Assembly: GCA_034670305.1 (NCBI GenBank)
Contig: JAXMNT010000004.1
Coordinates: 81,182-145,181 of the forward strand
Direction: 5' to 3'
Length of the DNA: 64,000 nucleotides
Origin: Deltaproteobacteria bacterium
GTDB taxonomy: Bacteria; Myxococcota_A; Polyangia; Polyangiales; Houyiibacteriaceae
The notes beneath the pieces are model-generated. The model worked only from the letters and a program-made list of their open reading frames with translations. It was not told the origin of the DNA and did no database searches. This document shows, one piece after another, positions 49,418 through 59,421 of the stretch (positions are counted from its first letter, which is position 1; each line of letters opens with the position of its first letter). A program made the translations under genes and the position numbers.

Positions 49418-51907
49418 ATGTTCTTCCATAAGAACGACGACGACAGCAAGAAGAGCGATGGGGGCAAGGCCGCGATGGTCCCCCTCCTGCCACTGCGGGA
49501 CATCATCGTGTTCCCGCACATGGTCGTGCCGCTCTTCGTCGGACGCGAAAAGTCGATCAACGCCCTCGAAGAGGCGATGAGCCACGAGAAGCGCATTCTC
49601 CTCGCCGCCCAGAAGAAGGCGAAGACCAACGACCCGACGCCGGACGACATCTTCACCGTCGGCACCGTCGGCACCATCATTCAGTTGCTCCGCCTCCCCG
49701 ACGGCACCGTGAAGGTGCTCGTCGAAGGCAAGCAGCGTGCGCGCATTCAGCGGTTCATCCCGAACGAGGAGTTCTTCCTCTGCGATGTGGAGCCGATCGA
49801 AGACGACCCGACCACCTCGGTCGAGGTCGAAGCGCTCATGCGCAGCGTGCAGACCGCCTTCGAGACCTACGTGAAGCTCAACAAGCGCATCGCGCCCGAG
49901 ATGCTGAACACGGTCCAGACCATCGAGGATCCGTCCCGCCTCGCCGACACCATCGTCGTGCAACTGACGAGCATCAAACTCGACGACCGACAGGAAATCC
50001 TCGAGACGACCGACCCTGCCAAACGCCTCGAACGACTCTTCGAACTCATGAACGGCGAGATCGAGATTCTCCAAGTGGAGAAGAAGATCCGTTCGCGCGT
50101 GAAGAAGCAAATGGAGAAGTCGCAGAAGGAGTACTACCTCAACGAGCAGATGCAGGCGATCCAGAAGGAACTCGGCGAGAAGGACGAGTTCAAGACGGAG
50201 ATCCAAGAGATCGAGGAGAAGCTCAAGACCAAGAAGCTCTCCAAAGAAGCGCTCACCAAGGTCAAGAAGGAGCTCAAGAAGCTCAAGATGATGCAGCCGA
50301 TGAGTGCGGAGGCGACCGTCGTCCGCAACTACATCGACTGGGTTCTGTCTTTGCCGTGGTTCGACATGAGCGAAGAGAACTACGACATCGACAAAGCCGA
50401 GCAGATTCTCGACGAGGATCACTACGGCCTGCGCAAACCCAAAGAGCGCATCCTCGAGTATCTCGCGGTGCAGGCGCTCGTGAAGAAGCTCAAGGGCCCG
50501 GTGCTCTGCCTCGTCGGACCGCCTGGCGTCGGCAAGACCTCACTCGCGCGCAGCATCGCGCGGGCCACCGGCCGCGACTTCGTCCGGCTCAGCCTCGGCG
50601 GCGTGCGCGACGAAGCGGAGATCCGCGGCCACCGCCGCACGTACATCGGCGCCCTCCCCGGCCGCCTCGTCCAGTCGCTCCGCAAGTGCGGCACGAACAA
50701 CCCGGTCTTCCTACTCGACGAGATCGACAAGATGTCGTCGGACTTCCGTGGCGACCCCGCGGCGGCGCTGCTCGAAGTGCTCGACCCCGAGCAGAACAGC
50801 AACTTCAACGACCACTACCTCGACCTGGACTACGACCTGTCGGACGTCATGTTCATCACGACGGCCAACGCGCTCTCGGGCATCCCGCTCCCGCTCCGGG
50901 ACCGCATGGAGATCCTCGAACTCAGTGGGTACACCGAGTTCGAGAAGCTCAACATCGCGGTGAAGTACCTCGTGCCGCGTCAGATCGAAGCCGCGGGCCT
51001 CGAAGACGTCGACGTCGAGATCACCGAGAACGCGGTCCGCACGATCATCCACCACTACACCCGCGAGAGCGGCGTTCGAAACCTCGAACGCGAAGTGGGC
51101 AGCGTGTGCCGCAAGATCGCGCGCCGGGTGCTGACCGAAGGCAAAGACAAGAAGTACCGCATCGCCGCGCGCACGATCCCTGAGTTCCTCGGCGTGCCGA
51201 AGTTCCAACCGAACAAGGCGAACGAAGCGGACGAAGTCGGCCTCGTGCACGGCCTCGCGTACACCGTCTTCGGTGGATGCATTCTCGACTGCGAAGCGGC
51301 CATCGTGCCGGGCAAGGGCAAGCTCGTGATCACGGGCCAGCTCAGCAAGGGCATGACGGAGTCCGCGCAGGCGGCGATGAGCTACATCCGCTCGCGCCAC
51401 AAGGCCTTGGGGCTCGACGAGACCTTCCACGAGACCTGCGACGTGCACGTGCACTTCCCGGGCTACGAGTCGAAGGACGGACCGAGCGCCGGCATCACGA
51501 TGGCGACCACCATCGCGAGCGCGCTGCTCAAGATCCCCGTGCGCAAGAACGTCGCGATGACCGGTGAGATCACGCTGCGCGGCCGGGTCATGCCGATCGG
51601 CGGCCTCAAAGAGAAGATGCTCGCCGCGCACCGCGCCGGCATCGACACCGTTCTCGTGCCGATCGACAACCGCAAGGATCTCCGCGAGATCCCGAAGCGC
51701 GTGCTCAAGACCACCCGCGTCGTGCTCGTCGAACACATGGACCAGGTCCTCGCCGAAGCGCTCGTACTGAGCGATCCGGACGAGCTCTTCGGTCAGAACC
51801 GCACCCTCCCGATCGAGTACCGCCAGGGCAAGCTCATCGAACCCGCCACCGAGACCGCAGCCGACGTCCCCGAGCCGACCGCCGACGCCCCCGGCGCCCA
51901 GCAGTAA
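49418..51907 (+). CDS. lon: Lon protease
   Basis: [28 protein letters not shown] and IGGLKEK motifs. Confidence 0.98.
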   Translation: MFFHKNDDDSKKSDGGKAAMVPLLPLRDIIVFPHMVVPLFVGREKSINALEEAMSHEKRILLAAQKKAKTNDPTPDDIFTVGTVGTIIQLLRLPDGTVKVLVEGKQRARIQRFIPNEEFFLCDVEPIEDDPTTSVEVEALMRSVQTAFETYVKLNKRIAPEMLNTVQTIEDPSRLADTIVVQLTSIKLDDRQEILETTDPAKRLERLFELMNGEIEILQVEKKIRSRVKKQMEKSQKEYYLNEQMQAIQKELGEKDEFKTEIQEIEEKLKTKKLSKEALTKVKKELKKLKMMQPMSAEATVVRNYIDWVLSLPWFDMSEENYDIDKAEQILDEDHYGLRKPKERILEYLAVQALVKKLKGPVLCLVGPPGVGKTSLARSIARATGRDFVRLSLGGVRDEAEIRGHRRTYIGALPGRLVQSLRKCGTNNPVFLLDEIDKMSSDFRGDPAAALLEVLDPEQNSNFNDHYLDLDYDLSDVMFITTANALSGIPLPLRDRMEILELSGYTEFEKLNIAVKYLVPRQIEAAGLEDVDVEITENAVRTIIHHYTRESGVRNLEREVGSVCRKIARRVLTEGKDKKYRIAARTIPEFLGVPKFQPNKANEADEVGLVHGLAYTVFGGCILDCEAAIVPGKGKLVITGQLSKGMTESAQAAMSYIRSRHKALGLDETFHETCDVHVHFPGYESKDGPSAGITMATTIASALLKIPVRKNVAMTGEITLRGRVMPIGGLKEKMLAAHRAGIDTVLVPIDNRKDLREIPKRVLKTTRVVLVEHMDQVLAEALVLSDPDELFGQNRTLPIEYRQGKLIEPATETAADVPEPTADAPGAQQ

Positions 51908-51911
51908 CACT

Positions 51912-51941
51912 CGACACGGGCACGGACTTCGGCCCGTGTCG
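51912..51941 (+). terminator. Hairpin after lon
   Basis: CGACACGGGC/GCCCGTGTCG 10-bp stem; weak U-tract. Confidence 0.45.
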
Positions 51942-52039
51942 GCTTCCGTCGTGTCGGCGACATTCTTGGGGCACAGCCCCCAAACCCCGTCCCGGTGACA
52001 CGGCTTGCTCGCTTCGCTCGGCTTCGCCGCGTCGAGTAT

Positions 52040-52180
52040 CAGCTTCGGCTTCGGCGTCGGCTTCGGCTCCGGCATCGGCTTCGGCATCGGCATCGGCTTC
52101 GGCTTCGGCTTCGGCTTCGGCTTCGGCTTCGGCTTCGGCTTCGGCTTCGGCGAATCGGCATCGGCTTCGGCCTCGGCTTC
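52040..52180. repeat. TCGGCT/TCGGCA array upstream of tRNA-Val
   Basis: Directly visible. Confidence 0.95.
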
Positions 52181-52186
52181 GCGCGA

Positions 52187-52214
52187 TTGACGGTCTCAGA
52201 CGCTCCGCTAAGCT
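52187..52214 (+). promoter_or_regulatory. Sigma70-like promoter of tRNA-Val(TAC)
   Basis: TTGACG-N16-TAAGCT about 20 nt upstream of the tRNA. Confidence 0.55.
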
Positions 52215-52233
52215 CGCCCCCGCTTGCTTCCCT

Positions 52234-52305
52234 GGGTGGGTAGCTCAGCGGTAGAGCGGCGCCTTTACACGGCGCTGGTCGCAGGTTCGATCCCTGTCCC
52301 ACCCA
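52234..52305 (+). tRNA. tRNA-Val (TAC); CCA not encoded
   Basis: Acceptor GGGTGGG/CCCACCC, anticodon arm GCGCC-TTTACAC-GGCGC, T-arm GCAGG-TTCGATC-CCTGT. Confidence 0.95.
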
Positions 52306-52321
52306 CCGCGCGCCGCGCCGC

Positions 52322-53392
52322 TCAGAGCTGAAGGCGGCGCAGTACGGCGTCCAACTCGACCGCGGGCGAACCGGCGGTCCGAGTCACGAAGATGCCGGGC
52401 CTCGGTTGCACGGAGGTCGCGTTGCCACCGAGGAACGCAGGCGGGTTGCTGAGGCCGGACTGGCTCGCGTTCGGGCGTGCGGCGCACTCTTCGAGGCAGT
52501 ACAAGACGTCCGCCGGGGTGTCGCCTTGCCGGGTGCACGCGGTGGTGGCAGCGCTCGGTTCCGCGGCGAGCCGGACCAGAAGATCGACGCGGCGTGCGCT
52601 CTGGCAGCGACCGTCCGCGGGCACGTCGGCTTCGGTCGTTGGCGCGGGGCAGGTCGCGCCTTCGGCGGTCGGGTTCATGCGGGTGCTCAGCCACTGGCTC
52701 GCGAGGCCGACCGAAGCGACTCGGATCGTGCCCGCTCCACCGAGGCCGGTGCGGACGGAGTCGGCGGCGCGCGCGGCGCGGCACCAAGCGAGCCGTTCGT
52801 TGGCGCGGTCGCGGTTGCGGACCACGCGGGGCCACGGCGACTCGGCCCAGCCGTCGCGCAGATCGCGGCAGTCGAGGCGCTGGTTGACCGGCGGTTCGAG
52901 GTCGACGTGTCCCACCACCGCGACGTCGATCGAGTCGAGGTGGGAGGCCATCGAACGCAAGCCATGGCCGAGACACTCGAACGCGTTGGTGCCGCCTTCG
53001 CAGGCGGTGGGGCTGCCGAACTCGTGGCGGCCGGAGGCGAAGAAGTCGTCGGCGCCACAGCTGACCCGCCACTGAAGCGGCGTGTCGCCGACGAGCTCGA
53101 TTGAACAGAGCCGGCCAATCGCGGCGCGCACCTGGCTGAGCGCTTCGGCGGCTTGCTGAAACGTCGTCGCGGGGATGGCGCTGCGACACCGCTGGTCGAG
53201 GGCGCGCATGCGGGCGACCGGCGCCGGGTCCGAGGGAACCGAGGCGACTTCGATCGCGGTGGTGCTGGCGCCGTCGCCGGCGGGCGCGGTGGTGCCGGCG
53301 CAAGGCACCGCGAGCAGCGCGACCAGAGAGAGCGCGGGGAGCGATGCCCCTCCGTGCGTAGAACGGTGCGTGAAACTGCGCAGGCCCATCAT
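52322..53392 (-). CDS. Cys-rich protein with divergent OmpA-C-like (peptidoglycan-binding) domain
   Basis: DFFASGRHE...AVVGHVD...ANERLAWCRAARAA...ARRVDL; ATGA overlap with the upstream gene. Confidence 0.6.
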   Translation of the reverse strand: MMGLRSFTHRSTHGGASLPALSLVALLAVPCAGTTAPAGDGASTTAIEVASVPSDPAPVARMRALDQRCRSAIPATTFQQAAEALSQVRAAIGRLCSIELVGDTPLQWRVSCGADDFFASGRHEFGSPTACEGGTNAFECLGHGLRSMASHLDSIDVAVVGHVDLEPPVNQRLDCRDLRDGWAESPWPRVVRNRDRANERLAWCRAARAADSVRTGLGGAGTIRVASVGLASQWLSTRMNPTAEGATCPAPTTEADVPADGRCQSARRVDLLVRLAAEPSAATTACTRQGDTPADVLYCLEECAARPNASQSGLSNPPAFLGGNATSVQPRPGIFVTRTAGSPAVELDAVLRRLQL

Positions 53393-55599
53393 CGGCCTCC
53401 GAGCAGCTCGATCAAGGACGTGATGTCGACGCCGACGAAGAAGCTGTAGACCTCGTCGTCGGGGTGCGGCCAGGGCACGTGGATCGCGAAGCCCGCGGTG
53501 ATGAGCCGCGGTGCGATCTCCGGCCAGCCCCAGCTCATCGACGCCATCAGTGCCGGGCTGACGCGGCTGGCGCGGCCGTCTTCCCAGGCGATGGACGCCG
53601 TCACCGGCACGGAGAGTTCGAAGACGAACCCAGCGTTGAGATGCAGGTCCGTGTAGAAAATCGGAAGCGCGATGCCGATCGCAGCCGGCGACGGTTTGCT
53701 GAAGAACACCCCGAGGCTCGCGTGTCCGAGGAAGCCGATGCGCAGCTGGCGCCGGTCCGAGTTGCCCACGTTGCCGACGACCCGTGGGTCCCACGACTTG
53801 AACGCGGCGCGCGCGAGGCAGCGTTTGCCGCGGCCGTCGTCGGAGATGAGGTGCACGTGCACGACCTCATCGGGTCCGGACTCGCCAGCGCCGCGCAGGG
53901 TCGGTTCGCCGGAAAGCGGACACTCGGGGTCGGCGGTGATCATCGTGTACATGGCGGGCAGCGGCGAGTGGCCTGGGCCGGCCGATGCACCGACGTAGGG
54001 CGTCGCGCGGCTGAGCAAGGTCGGAGCGCCGGTGCTCGGGTGGTTCCAAGCCGCCGCGAAGCCTTCCGGGGTGGCGAGTTCGAAGGTGAGCGCGTCGTTG
54101 CGACGGCTGCGGGCGAACGTGTTCGGGTCGTCGACCTGCACGCCCTGCCAGCCGGGGATGTCGCCGGCGTCGGCGCCGTTCGAGTGACGCTGCACGCCGC
54201 GCGGGATCCAGTCGACGCCAGCGTCCACGATGCCCACCCGCCCGAGCGACACCGTCGCCGGTGCGGCGCACGCCCCCTGGGTCGCGACGCGCACGTCGTA
54301 GAAGCCGCGCGTGAGCGGGCCGGCTTCGACGGTCTCTCGACCGGAGCAGATCACGGTGCCATCGGGGATGCGCAGCGACGAGCCAGTGAGCCCGACGAAG
54401 AGCGGCGTCTCCGGCGCAGGCGCACACTCCACGTCGTGATCGCGGTCGGTGCGGGGCACCTGGCCGCTTGGGGTCACGTCGACACGGCGGTGGGTGAGGC
54501 AGACCTCCGCTGTCGCGAACCGTTCGCCGATCGAGGCGACCGCCGCGACCTCAGGAAAGCTCCGTCCGATGTGGGTCTGGGCGCCGCGCTGAGGTTCGGC
54601 GCCGCCCTGCGACGCGCCACCCCGGGCGCCGTAGCTCGCGTTCATGCACAGGTGCGACTCGTTGGCGAGCGCCTGGAGCCATCCGAGCGTGGGCGCGAAG
54701 CGTGTCCCGTTCTCGCCGTACTGTTCGTTCATCCGCCCGGCGAGCCAACCTTCGTCGAACGCGACGCCACCGGCGGTCACGACCAGCGGGATCTCCTCGG
54801 CGGTCTCGTCGTCGCATGCGGTCCGCGGGGTGGCGCCTCGTTTGCGCACCACCCGAACCGCACCGGCCGCGAGGGCGGTGCGGAGTTCGGCCCACACGTC
54901 GTCGTCGCCGGCCGGCACGAACCGGAAGCCGCGCTCGCCATCCCACGACGGTCGGAGGAGCGTGGTGTTCTCGGCGCGCATCGCGGCCTGCAGCGGCGTC
55001 TCGCCGCCCGGTGCCACGCGACCGAGCGCGTACGGCGGCTGCCCCGCGGCGCTCGCCTGGACATCCCAGCCCGCCTGACAGACCGGAAGCGAGACCGTGT
55101 CGGCGCCAGGGGCGAGCTGCGCGGTCAGCCCCTCTCGGCTGTTGCGGCAGGTGAACTGAAGCGCGACGGAAGCCGCGCCACACGAAGCGGCGCGGCGGCG
55201 CACGTCGAGCGCGCCCGGCGTCGCGGCGGGCGCGACCGAGAACGCGCCGCCCGCTTGGAGCAGGTAGTCCGTGCAGTGGTGCAGGAACACCGACGACACT
55301 TCGGCCGGCAGGTCGCGCCGGCGGCCGTAGACCGTGGTCTGGTCGCCGGGATTCCAGCCGAGTCCCGCGAGCAGGCTCGTGATCGAGCCTCGGTCTCGAA
55401 GGGTGCGGAATCCTTCGTCTGGATCCCGGGAGTACTCGCAGTCCACATCCAGCTGGATGCGGTCGCCCAGCACCACCGGCGCGCTCGCGACGGCCTCACC
55501 GCCGAAGCAACGCGGCTGGGCGGCTTGCGCCGATGCCGTCGAGTGTCCGAACCCCAGGCACGCCAGAAGCGCCCCACCCCACACCACGTATCGAGTCAT
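53389..55599 (-). CDS. Large secreted Cys-containing hypothetical protein with C-terminal amphipathic beta-strands
   Basis: Signal peptide MTRYVVWGGALLACLGFGHSTASAQ; codon bias consistent with coding. Confidence 0.65.
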   Translation of the reverse strand: MTRYVVWGGALLACLGFGHSTASAQAAQPRCFGGEAVASAPVVLGDRIQLDVDCEYSRDPDEGFRTLRDRGSITSLLAGLGWNPGDQTTVYGRRRDLPAEVSSVFLHHCTDYLLQAGGAFSVAPAATPGALDVRRRAASCGAASVALQFTCRNSREGLTAQLAPGADTVSLPVCQAGWDVQASAAGQPPYALGRVAPGGETPLQAAMRAENTTLLRPSWDGERGFRFVPAGDDDVWAELRTALAAGAVRVVRKRGATPRTACDDETAEEIPLVVTAGGVAFDEGWLAGRMNEQYGENGTRFAPTLGWLQALANESHLCMNASYGARGGASQGGAEPQRGAQTHIGRSFPEVAAVASIGERFATAEVCLTHRRVDVTPSGQVPRTDRDHDVECAPAPETPLFVGLTGSSLRIPDGTVICSGRETVEAGPLTRGFYDVRVATQGACAAPATVSLGRVGIVDAGVDWIPRGVQRHSNGADAGDIPGWQGVQVDDPNTFARSRRNDALTFELATPEGFAAAWNHPSTGAPTLLSRATPYVGASAGPGHSPLPAMYTMITADPECPLSGEPTLRGAGESGPDEVVHVHLISDDGRGKRCLARAAFKSWDPRVVGNVGNSDRRQLRIGFLGHASLGVFFSKPSPAAIGIALPIFYTDLHLNAGFVFELSVPVTASIAWEDGRASRVSPALMASMSWGWPEIAPRLITAGFAIHVPWPHPDDEVYSFFVGVDITSLIELLGGR

Positions 55600-55658
55600 C
55601 GCTGCGGTTGTGGCCAATTGAACGCGGTTGTTCAAGCGGACGCCCCGCCAGAAACGGG

Positions 55659-56945
55659 TCAGACGATGGGATCGGTGGGATCCGCCGCGACCTCGCCGGC
55701 CGCCACGCTCAAACGGACCGTGCAGCCGTCCGGCTCCGCCTGTACTTCGAGGTCGCCGCCGTGGGCGAGCGCGATGCGCCGGACGAGCGAGAGCCCCAGC
55801 CCGAGGCCGGTCTCTCCGTGCCCGTCGTGGTCCCCCCGGCTGAACGGCGCCGCGAGTTCCAAGTCGAAGCCCGGTCCGCCGTCGCGCAGCTCGAACGCGG
55901 TGACCGCACCATCCACGACGACTTCGAGGGAGACGAGGCCACCCCCGTGGCGTTCCGCGTTGTCGATGAGGTTCGCCAGTGCGCGGGCGAGCAGGGTCGC
56001 GTCGCCAACCACCTGGGCGTCGCCATCGACCTGCAGCAGCCCAGCGTCGAGGCCTTGCCGTTCCAGCGCGCGGCGCGCCAACTCGACCGCATCGAGCGGC
56101 CGGCGGTCGACGTCCTGGAAGTCGAGTCGGGAGCGCACGAGCAACTCGCCGACCAGGTCGTCCATCTCCGCGACCTCCCGCTCGAGTTCTTCGATCGCGT
56201 TCTCGTCGCCTTCGCGCGCGAGCTCCAGCAAGAGCCGAATGTGACCGAGCGGGGTGCGCATCTCGTGGGAGACCGCGGCGAGCAACTCGCGCTGCTCCGC
56301 GAGTTGTCGACCGATGCGCGCCGCCATCTCGTTCACCGTCGTGGCCAGCAGCCCTTCCTCGCCGTGGTAGCGGTGCGAGACCCGGGCCTCGAGATCCCCT
56401 TCGCCAATCTTCTTGGCGACCCGCGCCACTTCGCGGAGCGGCCGGCCGAGCCGGGCCGCGAGCACCCCGCTGAGCCCCATCAAGACGAACACCGCGAGAC
56501 CCAGCGCGAGAAACACCGGGCCGTGCGGCGGACCAGGGCCGCGCAGGCACGCGACCACCGAACCGCGTCCCGGCACCACCACGCGGTGGGGCGCGCGGCA
56601 GGTCTGGCCGCGTCGGAGGACGCGGCCGTCCACGTCCAGCAAGGTCAGGTTCACGTCGAGGTCGCGCGCCACCGCGTCGGCGAGTTCTTCCCGGGCTTCG
56701 ACGTCGTCCCACACCTGCTCGAAGCGCCCGGCCGCGAACGACTGCAATCGCTGAAGCGATTCCTCCCAGCGTTTGCCCCCGCTGATCTGCATCACGAGCC
56801 CGACCGTGCATCCGGTCGCCGAGATCGCGAGCACGAACCAGAGAAACAAGCGTCGCCGCAGCGTGTGGCGGTGTTTGCGCCACCGCCGCCAGCCGCGCCG
56901 CCGGTGCGGACCGCGGGGGCCGTGTCCGTGTCCGTGTCCGCGCAT
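55659..56945 (-). CDS. HAMP-domain sensor histidine kinase
   Basis: Two TM segments, HAMP, H-box VSHEMRTPL, NLIDNA, DGGPG and GLGLGLSLV motifs. Confidence 0.93.
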   Translation of the reverse strand: MRGHGHGHGPRGPHRRRGWRRWRKHRHTLRRRLFLWFVLAISATGCTVGLVMQISGGKRWEESLQRLQSFAAGRFEQVWDDVEAREELADAVARDLDVNLTLLDVDGRVLRRGQTCRAPHRVVVPGRGSVVACLRGPGPPHGPVFLALGLAVFVLMGLSGVLAARLGRPLREVARVAKKIGEGDLEARVSHRYHGEEGLLATTVNEMAARIGRQLAEQRELLAAVSHEMRTPLGHIRLLLELAREGDENAIEELEREVAEMDDLVGELLVRSRLDFQDVDRRPLDAVELARRALERQGLDAGLLQVDGDAQVVGDATLLARALANLIDNAERHGGGLVSLEVVVDGAVTAFELRDGGPGFDLELAAPFSRGDHDGHGETGLGLGLSLVRRIALAHGGDLEVQAEPDGCTVRLSVAAGEVAADPTDPIV

Positions 56946-57607
56946 CAGTCGCTTCCGATCACGTAGCCGATGCCGCGCACGGTGCGGATGCGGGTCTTGC
57001 CGATCTTCCGACGCAGCTTGGACACGTGCACGTCGACGGTGCGCTCGCCCACGACTTCGTCGCGTCCGGCCGCGCGCAAGAGCGCGGCCCGCGGCACCAC
57101 GCGACCGGCCCGCCGCATCAATGCGACCAGCAGGTCGAACTCGAGCCCGGTCAGCTCGATGTCGCTGCCTTCGACCCGCGCACGGCGCGCGCCCACTTCC
57201 ACCTCGACCCCGCTGCTGCTCAGCCGCTCTTCGCTGAGCTCCGGTCGCATGCGCCGGAGCACGGCGCGCAGCCGCGCCAAGAGTTCCCGTGGGCTGAAGG
57301 GTTTTGGCACGTAGTCGTCCGCGCCGAGCTCCAGGCCCACCACCCGATCGGTTTCGTCGCCACGAGCGGTCAGCATGATCACCGGAATGGAGGTGTCCGC
57401 GCGCATGCGGCGCAGGACCTCCAGCCCGTCGATGCCGGGCATCATCACATCGAGCAACACGGCGTCGAACGCGTCCTCGCGCAGGTTGGCGAGGCCGGCT
57501 TCGCCACTCGACGCGTGCTCGAGCGCCACCCCGTGCGGACGGAGAAAACGCTCGAGCAGCTCGAAGAGCCGCTGGTCATCGTCGATGAGCAGCACGCGCG
57601 TGGCCAT
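56945..57607 (-). CDS. OmpR/PhoB-family response regulator
   Basis: VLLIDDD, LDVMMPGIDG, GADDYVPKPF, RTVDVHVSKLRRK and TVRGIGY motifs. Confidence 0.95.
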   Translation of the reverse strand: MATRVLLIDDDQRLFELLERFLRPHGVALEHASSGEAGLANLREDAFDAVLLDVMMPGIDGLEVLRRMRADTSIPVIMLTARGDETDRVVGLELGADDYVPKPFSPRELLARLRAVLRRMRPELSEERLSSSGVEVEVGARRARVEGSDIELTGLEFDLLVALMRRAGRVVPRAALLRAAGRDEVVGERTVDVHVSKLRRKIGKTRIRTVRGIGYVIGSD

Positions 57608-57615
57608 GCTCCCTT

Positions 57616-58047
57616 CTACTCGATCCTTGGCATGCCCGCGCGGTGCGCCGCGACGGGCGGTGCGTCCTGTCGAACACCCGGTCGGACAGCCTGTGCACCA
57701 CCCTGCACACCAGGCTGCACGCCATGCGCTTGGTCCGCGCCGGGCGGCGGTTGACGCGGCGGGTGTCCACGTCGGGGGTGGCGATGACGTCGGCGACGAT
57801 CCGGTCGACAGCCGGGCTCGGCTTCTTCGGCAGTGGTCACCCGGACCACCGGTGTGGGCGCCGTGGCAACCTGCTGCTGTTCGAGCCGCGCAGCCGCTTG
57901 CAGACAGACGTTCGCCACGTGCTGTTCGAAGCGGGCACGCCGCTCGTGGTGGCAGCCGTGCCGCACATGCGCGAAGCCGGAGGCGAAGCCGCCCACGGTT
58001 CCGACGGAGAAGAATGCGATGAGCGCGCGCCGCTTCCAGACATTCAT
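57616..58047 (-). CDS. Small hypothetical membrane/secreted protein
   Basis: MNVWKRRALIAFFSVGTVGGFASGF; ATGA-coupled within the operon. Confidence 0.6.
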   Translation of the reverse strand: MNVWKRRALIAFFSVGTVGGFASGFAHVRHGCHHERRARFEQHVANVCLQAAARLEQQQVATAPTPVVRVTTAEEAEPGCRPDRRRRHRHPRRGHPPRQPPPGADQAHGVQPGVQGGAQAVRPGVRQDAPPVAAHRAGMPRIE

Positions 58048-58535
58048 CGGTACGGCCCCATGAACACGTGGTGTCCGCCGGAGTCGCCGCCCCATCGGCC
58101 ACCGAAACGGCGCAACAGCCGTCCCAGCTCCGAACGTTGTTCGTCGTCGAGCGACTCGTGCACGGTGCGCAGTCCCTCCTTCAGAGACACGCGCAGCCGC
58201 GCCAGCCGCGCGTCCTGGTCTTCGAAGAGCGCGTCGATCGGCCCTTCGTCGAACACTTCACCGGTCAGCACGTCGCGGGCAGTGCCCTTCGCCTCGCCGA
58301 ACGATCCGCCGAAGTTCTGGAACTCGTCCATCACATCGCGCACCGCTTGGCGAATCGCCTTCTCTTGGCCGGGGCTCGTGTCGAGTCGCTCGAACAAGAA
58401 CCTCAGCTTGTGGCCAGGACCGCCGTGACGGCCCCGGTGTCGTCCGCCACGAAAGCCTCGATGGCCGCAGCGTCCATGTCGCAGCACCTTGACGAGCCCG
58501 TACAGACTCAAAGCGCCAATCAAAAATCCGAACAT
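58044..58535 (-). CDS. Spy/CpxP-like (periplasmic heavy-metal sensor family) protein
   Basis: LFERLDTSPGQEKAI...VHESLDDEQRSEL (LTxxQ-like motifs); RBS GGAGG. Confidence 0.7.
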   Translation of the reverse strand: MFGFLIGALSLYGLVKVLRHGRCGHRGFRGGRHRGRHGGPGHKLRFLFERLDTSPGQEKAIRQAVRDVMDEFQNFGGSFGEAKGTARDVLTGEVFDEGPIDALFEDQDARLARLRVSLKEGLRTVHESLDDEQRSELGRLLRRFGGRWGGDSGGHHVFMGPYR

Positions 58536-58702
58536 TGGTGAACCTCCATGTGAGAACCAGCCTGGGGTCGCCATGTGGAGGAAGTGCGTGCGCCAACATG
58601 AAGAAGTGTGAAGCCGTCCTGAAAAATCGTTGATGTTCCTTGGTAACGGAGGCCGCGGAGGCGCGACGCAGCACAAACCCCTCGACAGGTGGCTTGGCTG
58701 AA

Positions 58703-58736
58703 CTCAGACTTCGGGTCAGACTCTGACTTCCGGTCA
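58703..58736. promoter_or_regulatory. Putative tandem TetR operator
   Basis: CTC[A/T]GACTTC[G/C]GGTCA twice with an 18-bp period; the second copy is the palindrome TGAC-N5-GTCA; lies just upstream of the TetR ATG. Confidence 0.6.
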
Positions 58737-58755
58737 TTGGAAGACCGGTCACAAT

Positions 58756-59421
58756 ATGACTTCAAGTACAGCCACGACGCTAACCCGCCGAGAACGCGAA
58801 AAAATCGCCCGTCGAGAAGCCATCCTCGATGCGGCCCAGGAGGTCATGAAGGCCTCGGGGGTGCACGGGCTCAAGATGGACGACGTCGCCCGCAAGGCCG
58901 AGCTCAGCAAGGGCACGCTCTACCTCTACTTCAGCGGCCGGGACGCGCTGCTCGCGGGCGTCGCCCTGCGCACCATGGCCAGCATCGGACCCATGCTCGA
59001 GGAAGCCGCGCAGTCTGAGAACGGGCTGGAGCGGCTGCTGACGATTCAGCGTTTGATCCGCGCGCATCTGCGGAGTCTTCCGCACGCGTTTCGGTTGATG
59101 GTGGAGTGGATGCTCGAGCTCGACATCGACGATCAGAGCCCCGAGTTCCAGGCGTACCGCGAGCGCATCGCCTCGGTGCGCGGGGCGATCATCGACGCGA
59201 TCGAGCAGGGCAAAGAGGACGGCTCCATCCGAACCGACCTGCCCGCCCTCCCCCACGGCATGCATTTCTGGGCGACCACCGTCGGGGTGGCGCTCTTCGA
59301 ACGTTCCCCCACCGCGATGGCCAAACGCATCGGCCATCCCGTCGACCTCGAAGCACTGGAGCGTCTCCACGAAGACGTCTTCCGCCGCGCGTTCGCGCCC
59401 TCGCCCCAAGACGACCGATGA
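58756..59421 (+). CDS. TetR/AcrR-family transcriptional regulator
   Basis: ILDAAQEV...MDDVARKAELSKGTLYLYF helix-turn-helix. Confidence 0.95.
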   Translation: MTSSTATTLTRREREKIARREAILDAAQEVMKASGVHGLKMDDVARKAELSKGTLYLYFSGRDALLAGVALRTMASIGPMLEEAAQSENGLERLLTIQRLIRAHLRSLPHAFRLMVEWMLELDIDDQSPEFQAYRERIASVRGAIIDAIEQGKEDGSIRTDLPALPHGMHFWATTVGVALFERSPTAMAKRIGHPVDLEALERLHEDVFRRAFAPSPQDDR

